Of a stretch of DNA of 64,000 bases, positions 40,820 to 50,850 are shown one piece after another. The notes under the pieces were generated by a model. That model was given only the letters and a program-made list of their open reading frames with translations, was not told where the DNA came from and made no database searches. Where the stretch lies: contig JBEGVZ010000085.1 of the NCBI GenBank assembly GCA_041178085.1, forward strand, positions 64,001-128,000. Reading direction: 5' to 3'. The position numbers were made by a program, and so were the translations under genes. This stretch comes from Pseudomonadota bacterium (GTDB lineage: Bacteria; Bdellovibrionota_B; Oligoflexia; Oligoflexales; RGVZ01). Numbering within the stretch: position 1 is the stretch's first letter; the number at the start of each line of letters is the position of its first letter.

Positions 40820-41392
40820 TTGAAGTTGCTGGTTGCCCTCGGTAATCCGGGGAAGAAATACGAACTGACCCGCCACAATGCGGGGTTCATCGTAGCAGAC
40901 CAGTTGGTCCGGGATGCGGGGTCAGACTGGCGGGACGAACTGTCCCGTTTTGAAGCCCTGGTCGCCAAGGCAGTGATCGCCGGTGAGGAATGCCTGGTGT
41001 TGAAACCCCAGACATTCATGAATCTCAGCGGCAGGGCTGTCCAGAAGGCAGCCCATTACTTCAAGATCCCGCCTTCAGACATGGTCGTCATGTATGACGA
41101 CGTTGATGTTCCGGCGGGCAAGGTGAAGGCAAGATCCGGCGGTGGTCACGGCGGCCACAACGGTGTCAGGAGCATCATCGAATGCACCGGCACAGCAGAG
41201 TTCGCCCGGGTCAAGCTGGGCGTAGGGAAGCCACTGGAATCAGGACTGGTCAATGTGGCTGTGGCGGACTGGGTTCTTGCACCGATGGGTGCCCAGGAAG
41301 TCGAAAACATGAGATGTTCGATGGCCCAAGAGGCGCTTCTGCGATTGAAAAATATTTTTCAAGGCAGTAGAGCTGCAGGGCTTGGAAATTAA
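40820..41392 (+). CDS. pth: Peptidyl-tRNA hydrolase
   Basis: LGNPG..TRHNAGF, KPQTFMNLSG and GGHNG; TTG start assumed. Confidence 0.96.
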   Translation: MKLLVALGNPGKKYELTRHNAGFIVADQLVRDAGSDWRDELSRFEALVAKAVIAGEECLVLKPQTFMNLSGRAVQKAAHYFKIPPSDMVVMYDDVDVPAGKVKARSGGGHGGHNGVRSIIECTGTAEFARVKLGVGKPLESGLVNVAVADWVLAPMGAQEVENMRCSMAQEALLRLKNIFQGSRAAGLGN

Positions 41393-41451
41393 CCTCCTTT
41401 GCCTGCACCAAAGTTGTGTGCCGGCTGAGAAACCGTAAAGGAGACGGAAGA

Positions 41452-41847
41452 ATGCTTAGAGAATACGAAATGACGTTCATCACCCGTGCGGACGTGCCTG
41501 AGAGCGAGTTCCACGGGATCCTGTCAAAGTATGAAAAGTACATGACAGCTGATGGTGGCGAGATCCTCAAGAAAGACATCTGGGGTTCCCGCAAGCTGAC
41601 TTACCCGATCAACAAGCAGTACCGCGGTAACTACGTCAGCTACGACTTTGCTGGCATGCCAGAGCACCTGACTGAGATGGAACGCCTGATGCGCATCGAC
41701 GAGAATGTCCTGCGCTACCTGTCAGTCCTCCTCAACAAGCAGGTCGATGTTGCCAAGCGGAAGGTGGAAATCACCAACGAGGCAGCTGCCGCAAAAGAGC
41801 GTGAAGCAGCCGCCCGTGAAGCAGCTGAAGAACTCGGTCGCGACTAA
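41452..41847 (+). CDS. rpsF: 30S ribosomal protein S6
   Basis: REYE, WGSRKLTYPINK and VLRYL; RBS aaggag. Confidence 0.96.
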   Translation: MLREYEMTFITRADVPESEFHGILSKYEKYMTADGGEILKKDIWGSRKLTYPINKQYRGNYVSYDFAGMPEHLTEMERLMRIDENVLRYLSVLLNKQVDVAKRKVEITNEAAAAKEREAAAREAAEELGRD

Positions 41848-41891
41848 GAAAACGCTTCCCGTGCGGGAAGAAGATTCTGGAGAATGGAAAC

Positions 41892-42335
41892 ATGAAAGTC
41901 ATCCTGAGCCATGACGTCGACTCCTTGGGTCGCGTTGGAGATATCGTAAACGTCCGTAACGGCTATGCTCGCAACTTCCTCCTTCCGCGCGGACTTGGTA
42001 TGCCGGCCAACGAGGAAAACGAAGCCGCACTGGCGCACCACAAGCGCATCCTTGACCGCAAGCGCGCAGCTCTTTTGGCTGAAGCCAAGAAGCTTGCCAC
42101 CGCAATCGAAAAGACTTCGGTAACGGTTGCCAAGCAAGTTGGCGAAGACGAAAAGATCTTCGGTTCGGTCACTACGGCAGAGCTGGAACAGCTTTTGTCG
42201 GCCGAAGGCATCAAGGTGTCCCGCAAGGACATCACCTTGCTTGATGACGTCAAGAAGGTCGGCGTTTACGCTGCGCAAGTAAAGTTGCATAGCGACGTCA
42301 GTGCCAAGTTCAAAGTCTGGGTTGTTGCCGGTTGA
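41892..42335 (+). CDS. rplI: 50S ribosomal protein L9
   Basis: MKVIL..GYARNFLLP and KIFGSVT. Confidence 0.98.
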   Translation: MKVILSHDVDSLGRVGDIVNVRNGYARNFLLPRGLGMPANEENEAALAHHKRILDRKRAALLAEAKKLATAIEKTSVTVAKQVGEDEKIFGSVTTAELEQLLSAEGIKVSRKDITLLDDVKKVGVYAAQVKLHSDVSAKFKVWVVAG

Positions 42336-42362
42336 TAGATCCCCCAGAAGGGAGACTGCAAC

Positions 42363-43739
42363 ATGGCACCATTGGACCAGAACACAAACATCCCATCACC
42401 CCTTGATGTGGTCGCTCCGCCTCACTCTGTTGAGGCGGAAAAGGCCGTTCTTGGGGCAATCCTGAACGATCCACCTCTTCTCGGCCTTGTTTCTGACAAG
42501 GTCCGGGTAGAGCATTTTTTTCTCGACTATCACCGCAAGATCTTCGCTGTGATGATGGAGCTCGACGCAAAGGGCGAGCCATGCGACCTGGTCACGGTAG
42601 CTGACCGCCTGCACCGGATGGAGCCTGATGCGCGAGTTTCGGCCCCGGTCTACCTGGTCGACTTGACCCAGCAGGCACCAGTCGCTCAAAACATCGAACA
42701 TCACGCAAGGATCGTCCGCGAGTATTTTTTCCTGCGGAAGATGATCCGTGTCTGCCAGGACACGATTGGCAAGGCCGCTGCCGCTGAAGGCAATGTCATG
42801 GGTTTTGTCGAGGAAGTGGAAAAGTCTTTCCTCGAGATCACCAATGAACAGTCTCGCCAGAATGCCACCGCCACACACATGGAAGTCCTTGAGAGCACAA
42901 TCAATGAGCTCGAGGAAAAAATGCTCCGTGCCGGGGAACTCAGTGGCGTCCCATCCGGTTTCAATGACCTTGATTCGATTACGGGTGGGTGGCAAAAAAG
43001 CGACTTGATCATCCTTGCGGCCCGTCCTGGTATGGGAAAGACCGCCTTTGCCTTGAACTGTGCAATGAACGCAGTAAAACGGGGCATACCGACCATCATA
43101 TTCAGCCTCGAGATGTCCAAGAACCAGCTCATGAATCGTCTGATCGCATCAGAGGCGCGGGTTGACTCGTCGAAGCTACGCAAGGCAGAGCCTTTGACGG
43201 AAGATGAGCGCAACCGCCTGGTCCAGGCATTCCGCTCTTTCAGCGCCCTGCCAGCTGTTCTGGGCGTTAACGATACCGGCGGCCTGAGCCTGACAGAACT
43301 GCGCTCTGAGTGCCGTCGCTTCAAGAAGAAGCTTGGTGGGCTTGGCATGGTTGTAATTGACTACCTTCAGCTGATGACTGCTTCCGCGAATCGGCGCCCC
43401 GAGAGCCGGGAACGCGAAATTGCGGAGATTTCGGCGGGTTTGAAGAATCTTGCCAAGGAGTTGCAGGTCCCGGTGTTCGCCCTGGCACAGCTAAATCGCG
43501 AAGCCGACAAGCGGATCGACAAGCGTCCAAAGATCAGCGACTTGCGGGAATCAGGGTCGATTGAAATGGACGCCGACGTGATCCTTTTCGTTTACCGAGA
43601 CGAGTATTACGACCGGAATTCGGAAGACGCGGGTAAGGCAGAAATCATTTTCGGTAAAAACCGTCACGGCGGTCTGGATACCGTTCCGTTGGCCTACCAG
43701 CCGTCATTTGTTTCTTTCTACAACTTGCTCAAGTCGTAA
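42363..43739 (+). CDS. dnaB: Replicative DNA helicase
   Basis: PPHSVEAE, AARPGMGKT, IDYLQLM, SDLRESGSIE and KNRHG; no intein. Confidence 0.98.
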   Translation: MAPLDQNTNIPSPLDVVAPPHSVEAEKAVLGAILNDPPLLGLVSDKVRVEHFFLDYHRKIFAVMMELDAKGEPCDLVTVADRLHRMEPDARVSAPVYLVDLTQQAPVAQNIEHHARIVREYFFLRKMIRVCQDTIGKAAAAEGNVMGFVEEVEKSFLEITNEQSRQNATATHMEVLESTINELEEKMLRAGELSGVPSGFNDLDSITGGWQKSDLIILAARPGMGKTAFALNCAMNAVKRGIPTIIFSLEMSKNQLMNRLIASEARVDSSKLRKAEPLTEDERNRLVQAFRSFSALPAVLGVNDTGGLSLTELRSECRRFKKKLGGLGMVVIDYLQLMTASANRRPESREREIAEISAGLKNLAKELQVPVFALAQLNREADKRIDKRPKISDLRESGSIEMDADVILFVYRDEYYDRNSEDAGKAEIIFGKNRHGGLDTVPLAYQPSFVSFYNLLKS

Positions 43740-43768
43740 AAAACCCACCGGCGAAGTGCGGTGGGTTT
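43738..43768. terminator. Intrinsic terminator-like hairpin after dnaB
   Basis: aaacccaccg...cggtgggttt between convergent genes. Confidence 0.7.
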
Positions 43769-43795
43769 GGCTTTACTGGATGGCCGCCAGACGGT

Positions 43796-44212
43796 TCACG
43801 GAACAAAGCCGTGGATCTTCATCTTCTTGCGTAGTGTGTTGCGGTTGATGCCCAGGATGCGCGAAGCGTGAACCTGATTGCCGCCGGTCCTTCTGAGGAT
43901 CTGGCCAAGCAGAGGCTTTTCCACCTTTGACATGATCAGGTCGTACAGGCCGTCCGGGTAAAATTTGCCCAGCTGGTCCAGGAAGCGACCGATCTTGACG
44001 TCGACCAGCGCTTCAAGCGCCATGCTATCAACCCGGTCGATGAAAGCAGGCTCCAGGTCTGTCCTGGTTTCAAGGTGCGCGCCGGCGCCTACCGGGGTTT
44101 TGCTCAGGGATTCAGCTTCGCGAAGGGATTCGACAGACACGGGAATCATCTCTCCATCAACGGTTGCATCTGCAGGGACCAAATCTCTAACAGCAGCCTC
44201 GGCGAGCGTCAA
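43796..44212 (-). CDS. Fis-family HTH DNA-binding protein
   Basis: LYDLIMSKVEKPLL..TGGNQVHASRILGINRNTLRKK; start uncertain. Confidence 0.88.
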   Translation of the reverse strand: MTLAEAAVRDLVPADATVDGEMIPVSVESLREAESLSKTPVGAGAHLETRTDLEPAFIDRVDSMALEALVDVKIGRFLDQLGKFYPDGLYDLIMSKVEKPLLGQILRRTGGNQVHASRILGINRNTLRKKMKIHGFVP

Positions 44213-44419
44213 CCCGGATAAAAACTTCTCCTGCAGAGAAAAATATTGACTTGGCTGTAAACGAATTCTCCATGCAATTTCTGCCCTCTTTTTTCGCGTC
44301 CGCCATCTCGCGTAAAATCAAGACATGTCCGGATTTTGCGGTTTCTGACCCCTCGACGGCCTGCTCCAGTGGTGGTATCCCATCTGGTTTGAAGGCTTGA
44401 TTCAAGTGAGGTTTAGGTC

Positions 44420-44980
44420 ATGGATACCCGGCAAAATGGGGAACCCGAAGAGAATAAGGGCGCAGGTCAGGCTGATCCGGCAACGGCAGGTGATCAGGGC
44501 GCTTTGACTGCCGAGATTGACAAGCTCCGCGAGGAAGTCAAGTCGCTGCAAGACAGGTACCTGCGTCAGGTTGCTGAACTTGAGAACTACCGACGCAGAA
44601 CTGAGCGTGAAAAGTCGGACCTGTTGAAGTTTGGTAACGAGGGCTTGGTGAAGGATCTTGTCCCCGTGCTCGACAGTTTCCACCAGGCGATGCCTGCGGG
44701 TGGCAGCGAGGAAGCCAGGTCTACCGCTTCCGTTGAGGGACTGATCAGTGGGATGGATATGGTCAGGCAGCAGCTGATGTCGGCACTGCGCAGGCACGGC
44801 TTGGAAGAGGTCCCGGCCGTTGGTAGCAAGTTCGATCCGAATGTTCATCAGGCGATCCAGAGAATCGAGTCTGATGACTGTGGAGTTGAGACGGTGGCCC
44901 AGGAATTCGCCCGTGGCTATTTGCTCAACGGCCGGTTGGTGAGGCCGGCGATGGTGAGTGTGACAGTACCCCGGGGCTGA
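44420..44980 (+). CDS. grpE: Nucleotide exchange factor GrpE
   Basis: AELENYRRR, FDPNVHQA and GYLLNGRLVRPAMV. Confidence 0.97.
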   Translation: MDTRQNGEPEENKGAGQADPATAGDQGALTAEIDKLREEVKSLQDRYLRQVAELENYRRRTEREKSDLLKFGNEGLVKDLVPVLDSFHQAMPAGGSEEARSTASVEGLISGMDMVRQQLMSALRRHGLEEVPAVGSKFDPNVHQAIQRIESDDCGVETVAQEFARGYLLNGRLVRPAMVSVTVPRG

Positions 44981-45000
44981 GTTATATCCCTGCCCCGGAT

Positions 45001-45027
45001 CATGCCCGCAAAGGGCATGTGTTTTTT
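45001..45027 (+). terminator. Intrinsic terminator after grpE
   Basis: catgccc-gcaaa-gggcatg followed by tgtttttt. Confidence 0.7.
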
Positions 45028-45132
45028 GGCAGCCGGTTCCCGGTTGCGTATCCACTTGACCCCAAAGGGCTTCGGCCCGTTAATTCCGCCCGGTGTCAAA
45101 GCCACCAGCGTCTCCGCAAGGGAGTCGTGCGC

Positions 45133-45159
45133 TAAGGTTCCTTCAACTTGCACCGATAC
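45133..45159 (+). promoter_or_regulatory. Sigma-28-type promoter of lon
   Basis: TAAG-N15-ACCGATAC, 59 nt before the lon ATG. Confidence 0.5.
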
Positions 45160-45218
45160 TCCACAAGAGACAGCAAGAAGAGTTTTTCCGGCTTCACCTG
45201 TTCCCAAGGAGATCACGG

Positions 45219-47675
45219 ATGACGGCTGTGGTGTTAACACAGGCTCCAGACATGAGTGCAGAACTACCCCTTTTGCCGCTGAAGGACATTGTTGTCTTTC
45301 CGCATATGATCGTCCCCGTATTCGTAAACGAGGACCTTTGCGTCAATGCAGTCGAAGCTGCGATGGCCGGCAACAAAAAGATCTTCCTGTCCGCATTCAA
45401 GGTGACGGGCGAGGAAGGCAGAGGCCTTGAAGCGGCTCTTGAGCCGCCCTTCGACGTCTATGCGACAGGAACGGTCTGCTCGATCATGCGGACCAGGAAG
45501 CTTCCGGACGGCCGCATGAAAGTGCTGGTCCAGGGGCTTCACAAGGCGAAGCTGGTATCCCTCGTGAAAAACGAAGGTTATCCAACCGTCATGACTCGCA
45601 CGGTCATGGACGACCAGGTGATCAATGGCACCCCCGAGACAGAAGCCTTGATCCGCGCTGTGCGCGAAAATCTGGAAAAGGTTGTCGGTCTTGGCAAGGT
45701 ACTGTCGCCGGACATCCTCATGGTACTTGAGGACGTCAACGAGCCTGGCCGCCTTGCCGACCTGGTTGCGGCGAATCTTGGACTGAAAGTGCAGGAATCG
45801 CAGGCAGTGCTTGCCCTGCCGAATCCAGTTGAGCGCCTGCACAAGGTTTACAGCTTCCTCTCCCGTGAGATCGAAGTTTACCAGATGCAGGTTAAAATCC
45901 AGTCCCAGGCCAAGGAAGAGATCAGCCGGATGCAGCGCGAGCACTACTTGCGCGAGCAGATGCGCGTGATTCGCAGCGAACTGGGCGACAATGATGGCAA
46001 GGAAGAAATCGAGGCGCTTTGGAAGCGCATCGAGGAGATGAATCTCAGTGCCGAGGCCAAAGAAGAGGCTTCGCGCCAGTTGCGCCGTCTTGAGCGCATG
46101 CATCAGGATACCAGCGAAGCAGCTTTGACTCGCACTCACATCGAGACTCTCCTGGCCCTGCCCTGGGGAACCAAATCCCAGGACAACCTGGACCTGAAGA
46201 ACGTCAAGAATATCTTGGACGAAGATCACTTCGGTCTTGATCAGGTGAAGGACAGGATCATCGAATACCTGGCTGTGAAGAAGCTGAATCCGGAAGCGAA
46301 GAGCCCGATCATTTGCTTCGTCGGCCCTCCAGGTGTCGGTAAAACCAGCCTTGGGCGCTCAATTGCCCGTGCAGTCGGCCGCCAGTTTTCGCGCATTTCC
46401 CTGGGTGGCGTCCGTGATGAGGCTGATATCCGCGGGCATCGCAAAACATACGTTGGTGCGTTCCCGGGACGTGTCATCTCCAGCATGAAGTCTGCGAAGA
46501 GCATGAACCCCGTGATCATGCTCGACGAGATCGACAAGCTTGGGTCGGACCACCGCGGTGATCCGTCAGCCGCCCTTCTTGAAGTCCTTGACCCGGAACA
46601 GAACAAGTCCTTCGTCGACCATTACCTTGGCGTGGCATTTGACTTGTCCGATGTGATGTTCATTGCGAACGCCAACACCTTGGACACGATCCCCGCCCCT
46701 TTGCGCGACCGTCTTGAGATCATCGAGGTCTCCGGTTACTCCGAGGAAGAAAAGGTGATCATTGCCAACCAGTACCTGATCCCGAAGCAGATCAAGGAAT
46801 CCGGTCTGGCGACGTCGGATGTCATTTTCGGCAAGGCCGCAGTATCGACGATCATCAACAGTTACACCCGCGAGAGCGGATTGCGTGGCCTTGAGAAACT
46901 GATCGCGTCGATCTGCCGCAAGATTGCCCGCCAGCAGGCAGAGGCGTTTGATGCTGCCACGGGCGACGACGACAAGAAGCCGCTTTCGGTCAAGCTGACC
47001 CCGGCTCTCGTTCAGCGTCACCTTGGTGCTGAGCGCTTCTCTGGTGAATCGATCCACAACGAAGTTACAGTTGGTGTTTCGATGGGCCTTGCTTACACGC
47101 CATACGGTGGTGAGGTCCTTGCGATTGAGACGAACCTGATTCCGTCCAATAAGGGGCGCCTGGTTCTGACCGGTCAGCTCGGGGATGTCATGAAAGAATC
47201 CGCCCAGACGGCATTCAGCTTCCTGCGTTCCAAGGCGCGGGAGTTTGGATTCGATCCAGACCTGCTGAACACCAATGAGCTGCATGTTCACGTTCCCGCT
47301 GGCGCAGTGCCGAAGGACGGACCAAGTGCGGGGATTACGATCGCCACATCAATCCTGTCCGCACTCAAGGCAAAGGCGCCGGTGCAGCGCGTTGCCATGA
47401 CCGGCGAGATCAGCCTCCACGGCAAGGTGCTTCCGATCGGCGGATTACGTGAAAAGATCCTTGCCGCCCTGCGCGAAGGGATCAGCTCAGTCCTGCTACC
47501 GGAAAAAAATCGCAGTGCTTTTGACGCATTGCCGGCGAATGTAAAACGCCGCGTCCGCGTGCGGTTCGTCAAGGAGTACCATGAGGTCTTTGAGGAGCTC
47601 TTTGGCACGACAAGCGGACTGTCCGTTGTTCCCGACGCTGGCAAGCCGGTGGACATGCACGATATCGCAAGCTGA
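45219..47675 (+). CDS. lon: ATP-dependent protease La (Lon)
   Basis: LPLLPL..VVFP, GPPGVGKTS, PKDGPSAG and IGGLREK; RBS aaggag. Confidence 0.98.
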   Translation: MTAVVLTQAPDMSAELPLLPLKDIVVFPHMIVPVFVNEDLCVNAVEAAMAGNKKIFLSAFKVTGEEGRGLEAALEPPFDVYATGTVCSIMRTRKLPDGRMKVLVQGLHKAKLVSLVKNEGYPTVMTRTVMDDQVINGTPETEALIRAVRENLEKVVGLGKVLSPDILMVLEDVNEPGRLADLVAANLGLKVQESQAVLALPNPVERLHKVYSFLSREIEVYQMQVKIQSQAKEEISRMQREHYLREQMRVIRSELGDNDGKEEIEALWKRIEEMNLSAEAKEEASRQLRRLERMHQDTSEAALTRTHIETLLALPWGTKSQDNLDLKNVKNILDEDHFGLDQVKDRIIEYLAVKKLNPEAKSPIICFVGPPGVGKTSLGRSIARAVGRQFSRISLGGVRDEADIRGHRKTYVGAFPGRVISSMKSAKSMNPVIMLDEIDKLGSDHRGDPSAALLEVLDPEQNKSFVDHYLGVAFDLSDVMFIANANTLDTIPAPLRDRLEIIEVSGYSEEEKVIIANQYLIPKQIKESGLATSDVIFGKAAVSTIINSYTRESGLRGLEKLIASICRKIARQQAEAFDAATGDDDKKPLSVKLTPALVQRHLGAERFSGESIHNEVTVGVSMGLAYTPYGGEVLAIETNLIPSNKGRLVLTGQLGDVMKESAQTAFSFLRSKAREFGFDPDLLNTNELHVHVPAGAVPKDGPSAGITIATSILSALKAKAPVQRVAMTGEISLHGKVLPIGGLREKILAALREGISSVLLPEKNRSAFDALPANVKRRVRVRFVKEYHEVFEELFGTTSGLSVVPDAGKPVDMHDIAS

Positions 47676-47723
47676 TCCGGCCATGGCAGGCCGGGTATTT
47701 TTAGAGACCAGGGAGGACCAACC

Positions 47724-47963
47724 ATGCGTGAGAAGCTGAAGTCTGCTGGCAAGCTGGTGCTTCAAGGGGTGGTTTGGGTCTTTGTCCTGTCGATCCAGGT
47801 GGATGGCCGGACCTTGTTTTCTCATGCCCACGGGATTCTTGTGGATAATCAGGTAGTTGCTGCCGTGGAGTCGCAGGTTACCAAAGGCCTGCGCGCGGCT
47901 TCCGACCTGGCGTCCAGCCAGGCCCGGCGGATCTTCGGCCAGGAATCAGGTCGCAGGGGCTGA
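47724..47963 (+). CDS. Small hypothetical membrane-associated protein
   Basis: RBS ggagga; hydrophobic VVWVFVLSI segment. Confidence 0.65.
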   Translation: MREKLKSAGKLVLQGVVWVFVLSIQVDGRTLFSHAHGILVDNQVVAAVESQVTKGLRAASDLASSQARRIFGQESGRRG

Positions 47964-48057
47964 TCCCTGGCTTGTTTTTGCCGCCGAAACCCGCTCCGGC
48001 ACTCGAATTTCCAGGTGCATTGTGGTAACTCTTGGGCCTCAAACCAGGAGTTAGCAC

Positions 48058-48609
48058 GTGTCTGTCTTGGAAGTTGTCGTTTGGCCTGCCAAAGTCCTTG
48101 AAACAAAAGCTGAACCAGTCACCAAGTTTGATGACGGTCTGAAGAAGTTCGTCTCTGACATGGTCGATACGATGCACGCTTCGGGCGGTATCGGACTTGC
48201 CGCCAACCAGGTGGGTGACTTGCGCCGGGTGATCGTGATCGAGATTCCTCATGCAGGGGACCGTTATGGTGAGCCTGGTGAGAAGCTCGAGTGGTGGCAT
48301 AACAAGCGCTTTGTCCTGATCAACCCGGAAATCGTAAAGAAAGAGGGCAAAATCCGCTGGCAGGAAGGCTGCCTCAGCTTTCCTGAGGTTTTTGATTTCG
48401 TCGACCGCGCCAAAGAAGTCTGGGTCAAGGCCTTCGATGAGAATGGCAAGGAATATGAGATCCACGCCAACGACCTTCTGGCTGTATGCATCCAGCACGA
48501 GATCGATCACATTGACGGCATTGTCTTTTTCCAGCGTATGTCCCGGCTGAAGGCAGACATCATCAAAAAGAAGATGATGCGTCGCGGATCCGTTTCGAAC
48601 GTCAACTGA
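48058..48609 (+). CDS. def: Peptide deformylase
   Basis: GIGLAANQVG, EGCLS and QHEIDH. Confidence 0.97.
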   Translation: MSVLEVVVWPAKVLETKAEPVTKFDDGLKKFVSDMVDTMHASGGIGLAANQVGDLRRVIVIEIPHAGDRYGEPGEKLEWWHNKRFVLINPEIVKKEGKIRWQEGCLSFPEVFDFVDRAKEVWVKAFDENGKEYEIHANDLLAVCIQHEIDHIDGIVFFQRMSRLKADIIKKKMMRRGSVSNVN

Positions 48610-48627
48610 TCATTTCCGGGAGACCCG

Positions 48628-49287
48628 ATGGCAGTCCTTGTGTCGCCTTCCTTGTTGTCTGCCGATTTTCTCAAGTTCTCGGACGAGATCGCTTCGATCG
48701 AGGCGGCGGGAGCCGACTGGCATCATGTCGATGTCATGGACGGGCACTTTGTCCCGAATCTTACCTTCGGGCCGCCTGTCATCAGGCGTCTGAAAACAGC
48801 AGCCAAAAAACCTCTCGACGTGCACATCATGGTGGCAAACCCGGATGAAGTTGCCGGGCAATATATTGACGCAGGCGCAGACTGGCTGACATTTCATGTT
48901 GAGGCAGCGAAGGATCCCGTGGCGCTGGCCAAGACCATTCGCTCGAGGAACGTCAAGGCTGGCATCTCCCTTAGACCTTCAACGCCGCTCGAGTCCATTT
49001 TGCCAGCGCTTCCGCACGTTGACCTGGTCCTGGTCATGAGTGTCAACCCGGGCTTTGGTGGCCAGGCGTTTATTCCCGCGTCGCCAGATCGCGTTGCTGG
49101 AGTCGTCACCATGGCGGTCGCAGCAGGGGTCCGTGACCGGCTGAAGATCAGTGTCGATGGTGGCATCAATACCCAGACCGCAGGCCTTGTCGTGGCAAAG
49201 GGAGCTGACGTCCTTGTTGCGGGGACTGCTGTCTACGGTGCTGCCGATCGCAAGGTAGCCATTTCTGCGTTGAGGAATACGAAATGA
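48628..49287 (+). CDS. rpe: Ribulose-phosphate 3-epimerase
   Basis: HVDVMDGHFVPNLTFG, MSVNPGFGGQ and VDGGI. Confidence 0.98.
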   Translation: MAVLVSPSLLSADFLKFSDEIASIEAAGADWHHVDVMDGHFVPNLTFGPPVIRRLKTAAKKPLDVHIMVANPDEVAGQYIDAGADWLTFHVEAAKDPVALAKTIRSRNVKAGISLRPSTPLESILPALPHVDLVLVMSVNPGFGGQAFIPASPDRVAGVVTMAVAAGVRDRLKISVDGGINTQTAGLVVAKGADVLVAGTAVYGAADRKVAISALRNTK

Positions 49288-50822
49288 GCGAAAGGCCCTT
49301 CAGCCTTGGTTTGGACAAGCTGGACGTACATCGTCTGGTGGAGCTGGCGCGAAAGCCGGCCCCGCCAGTGACTGTGGCCACGGAGACTTGGAAGCGCCTT
49401 GAGCGGTTCCGGCAGGTGGTAGAGACCACCGCGGCTGGGGAACGCCAGGTGTACGGCATCAACACGGGCTTTGGCTTTCTTTCGGATGTAAAGATCCCTG
49501 CCGACAAGCTCAACCAATTGCAAGTAAACCTGGTCATGTCCCACGCCTGTGGTGTGGGTAAGGCCTGTGAGCCGTCCATCGTCCGCGGTCTCATGATTTT
49601 GCGCGCCCATACTTTCCTGCTCGGTCACAGCGGTGTCTCCCGCGCTGCGGTGGAATCGGTACTCGCCTTCCTTGCCCACGACATCTTGCCGGTCATCCCG
49701 GAAAAGGGAAGTGTCGGCGCGTCGGGAGACCTTGCACCTCTGGCCCATCTTGCCATGGGCATCATGGGTGAAGGCGAAGTCTTCTGGAAAGGGCGCACCG
49801 TCCCGGCAAGGGAAGCGATCGAGTCGTGCAAGTTAACCCCGTTCAAGCCCGGCGCGAAGGAGGGGCTGTCTTTCATCAACGGTACTCACTTCATGGCAAC
49901 GCAGGCGGCCTTTGCGTGCGTCGAGGCCGAAGAGTTGATGAAGGCAGCGGATGTCGTCGCTGCAATGAGCCTGGATGCCATCAAGGGTACGTTGCGTGCT
50001 TTCGACCCGCGGATCCACGAAGTGCGCAGGCAGCCTGGACAAGCCGTTGTTGCCGGGAACTTCCGTAAATTGCTGGCTGGCAAGGATACGATCATGGATT
50101 CGCATCGGGACTGCGGAAAGGTCCAGGATCCCTACAGCTTCCGCTGCATCCCCCAGGTCCATGGCGCAGCCAGGGGCGCATTGGAGCACGTCTGCTCAGT
50201 GACAGAAAATGACCTTTCGTCCGTCACCGACAACCCCCTTGTGTTTGAGGAAGGGGGCGAGGCGGATGTGATCAGCGGTGGAAACTTCCACGGGGAACCA
50301 CTGGCACTGGCCATGGACTATCTGGCCATTGCAGCCGCCGAAGTGGCGAGCATCTCCGAACGCCGCATTGAAAAGTTGACTAATCCAACGCAGAGCGGTT
50401 TGCCGCCTTTTGTGACCCGTGACAGCGGACTCAACTCGGGGTTCATGATTCCCCACGTGGTAGCTGCAGCCCTTGTTTCGGAAAACAAGGTCCTGTGTCA
50501 CCCGGCTTCTGTTGACAGCATACCCACGTCTGCGGACAAGGAAGATCACGTGAGCATGGGTCCGATTGCGGCCCGCAAGGCAAGGCAAGTGATCGCTCAC
50601 GGATTCGATGTCCTTGCAATTGAAGCCCTGGCTTCGGCACAGGCTCTGGACTTGCTGCTGCCTTTGCTGCCGGCACCAGCCTTGCAAAAGGTTCATGGCG
50701 CGATCAGGAAGATCTCTCCTGCGATGGATTCAGACCGTTCGCTGCACAAGGACATCCAGCGGGTCGGCGAATGGTTGCGAAGCGGTGGATCTGTTGCGGC
50801 CGCTGCAGTTGAAGTACGATAA
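49284..50822 (+). CDS. hutH: Histidine ammonia-lyase
   Basis: YGINTGFG, GSVGASGDL (MIO triad), QDPYSFRC, GGNFHG and EDHVSM. Confidence 0.95.
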   Translation: MSERPFSLGLDKLDVHRLVELARKPAPPVTVATETWKRLERFRQVVETTAAGERQVYGINTGFGFLSDVKIPADKLNQLQVNLVMSHACGVGKACEPSIVRGLMILRAHTFLLGHSGVSRAAVESVLAFLAHDILPVIPEKGSVGASGDLAPLAHLAMGIMGEGEVFWKGRTVPAREAIESCKLTPFKPGAKEGLSFINGTHFMATQAAFACVEAEELMKAADVVAAMSLDAIKGTLRAFDPRIHEVRRQPGQAVVAGNFRKLLAGKDTIMDSHRDCGKVQDPYSFRCIPQVHGAARGALEHVCSVTENDLSSVTDNPLVFEEGGEADVISGGNFHGEPLALAMDYLAIAAAEVASISERRIEKLTNPTQSGLPPFVTRDSGLNSGFMIPHVVAAALVSENKVLCHPASVDSIPTSADKEDHVSMGPIAARKARQVIAHGFDVLAIEALASAQALDLLLPLLPAPALQKVHGAIRKISPAMDSDRSLHKDIQRVGEWLRSGGSVAAAAVEVR

Positions 50823-50850
50823 CATGTAAAGCAAAGGGGAGACGCCCACT

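Noticed and set aside
47996..48025. CIRCE-like element (ggcactc...gtgc)
   Set aside because: Spacing and right arm do not fit TTAGCACTC-N9-GAGTGCTAA, and it precedes def rather than a chaperone gene.
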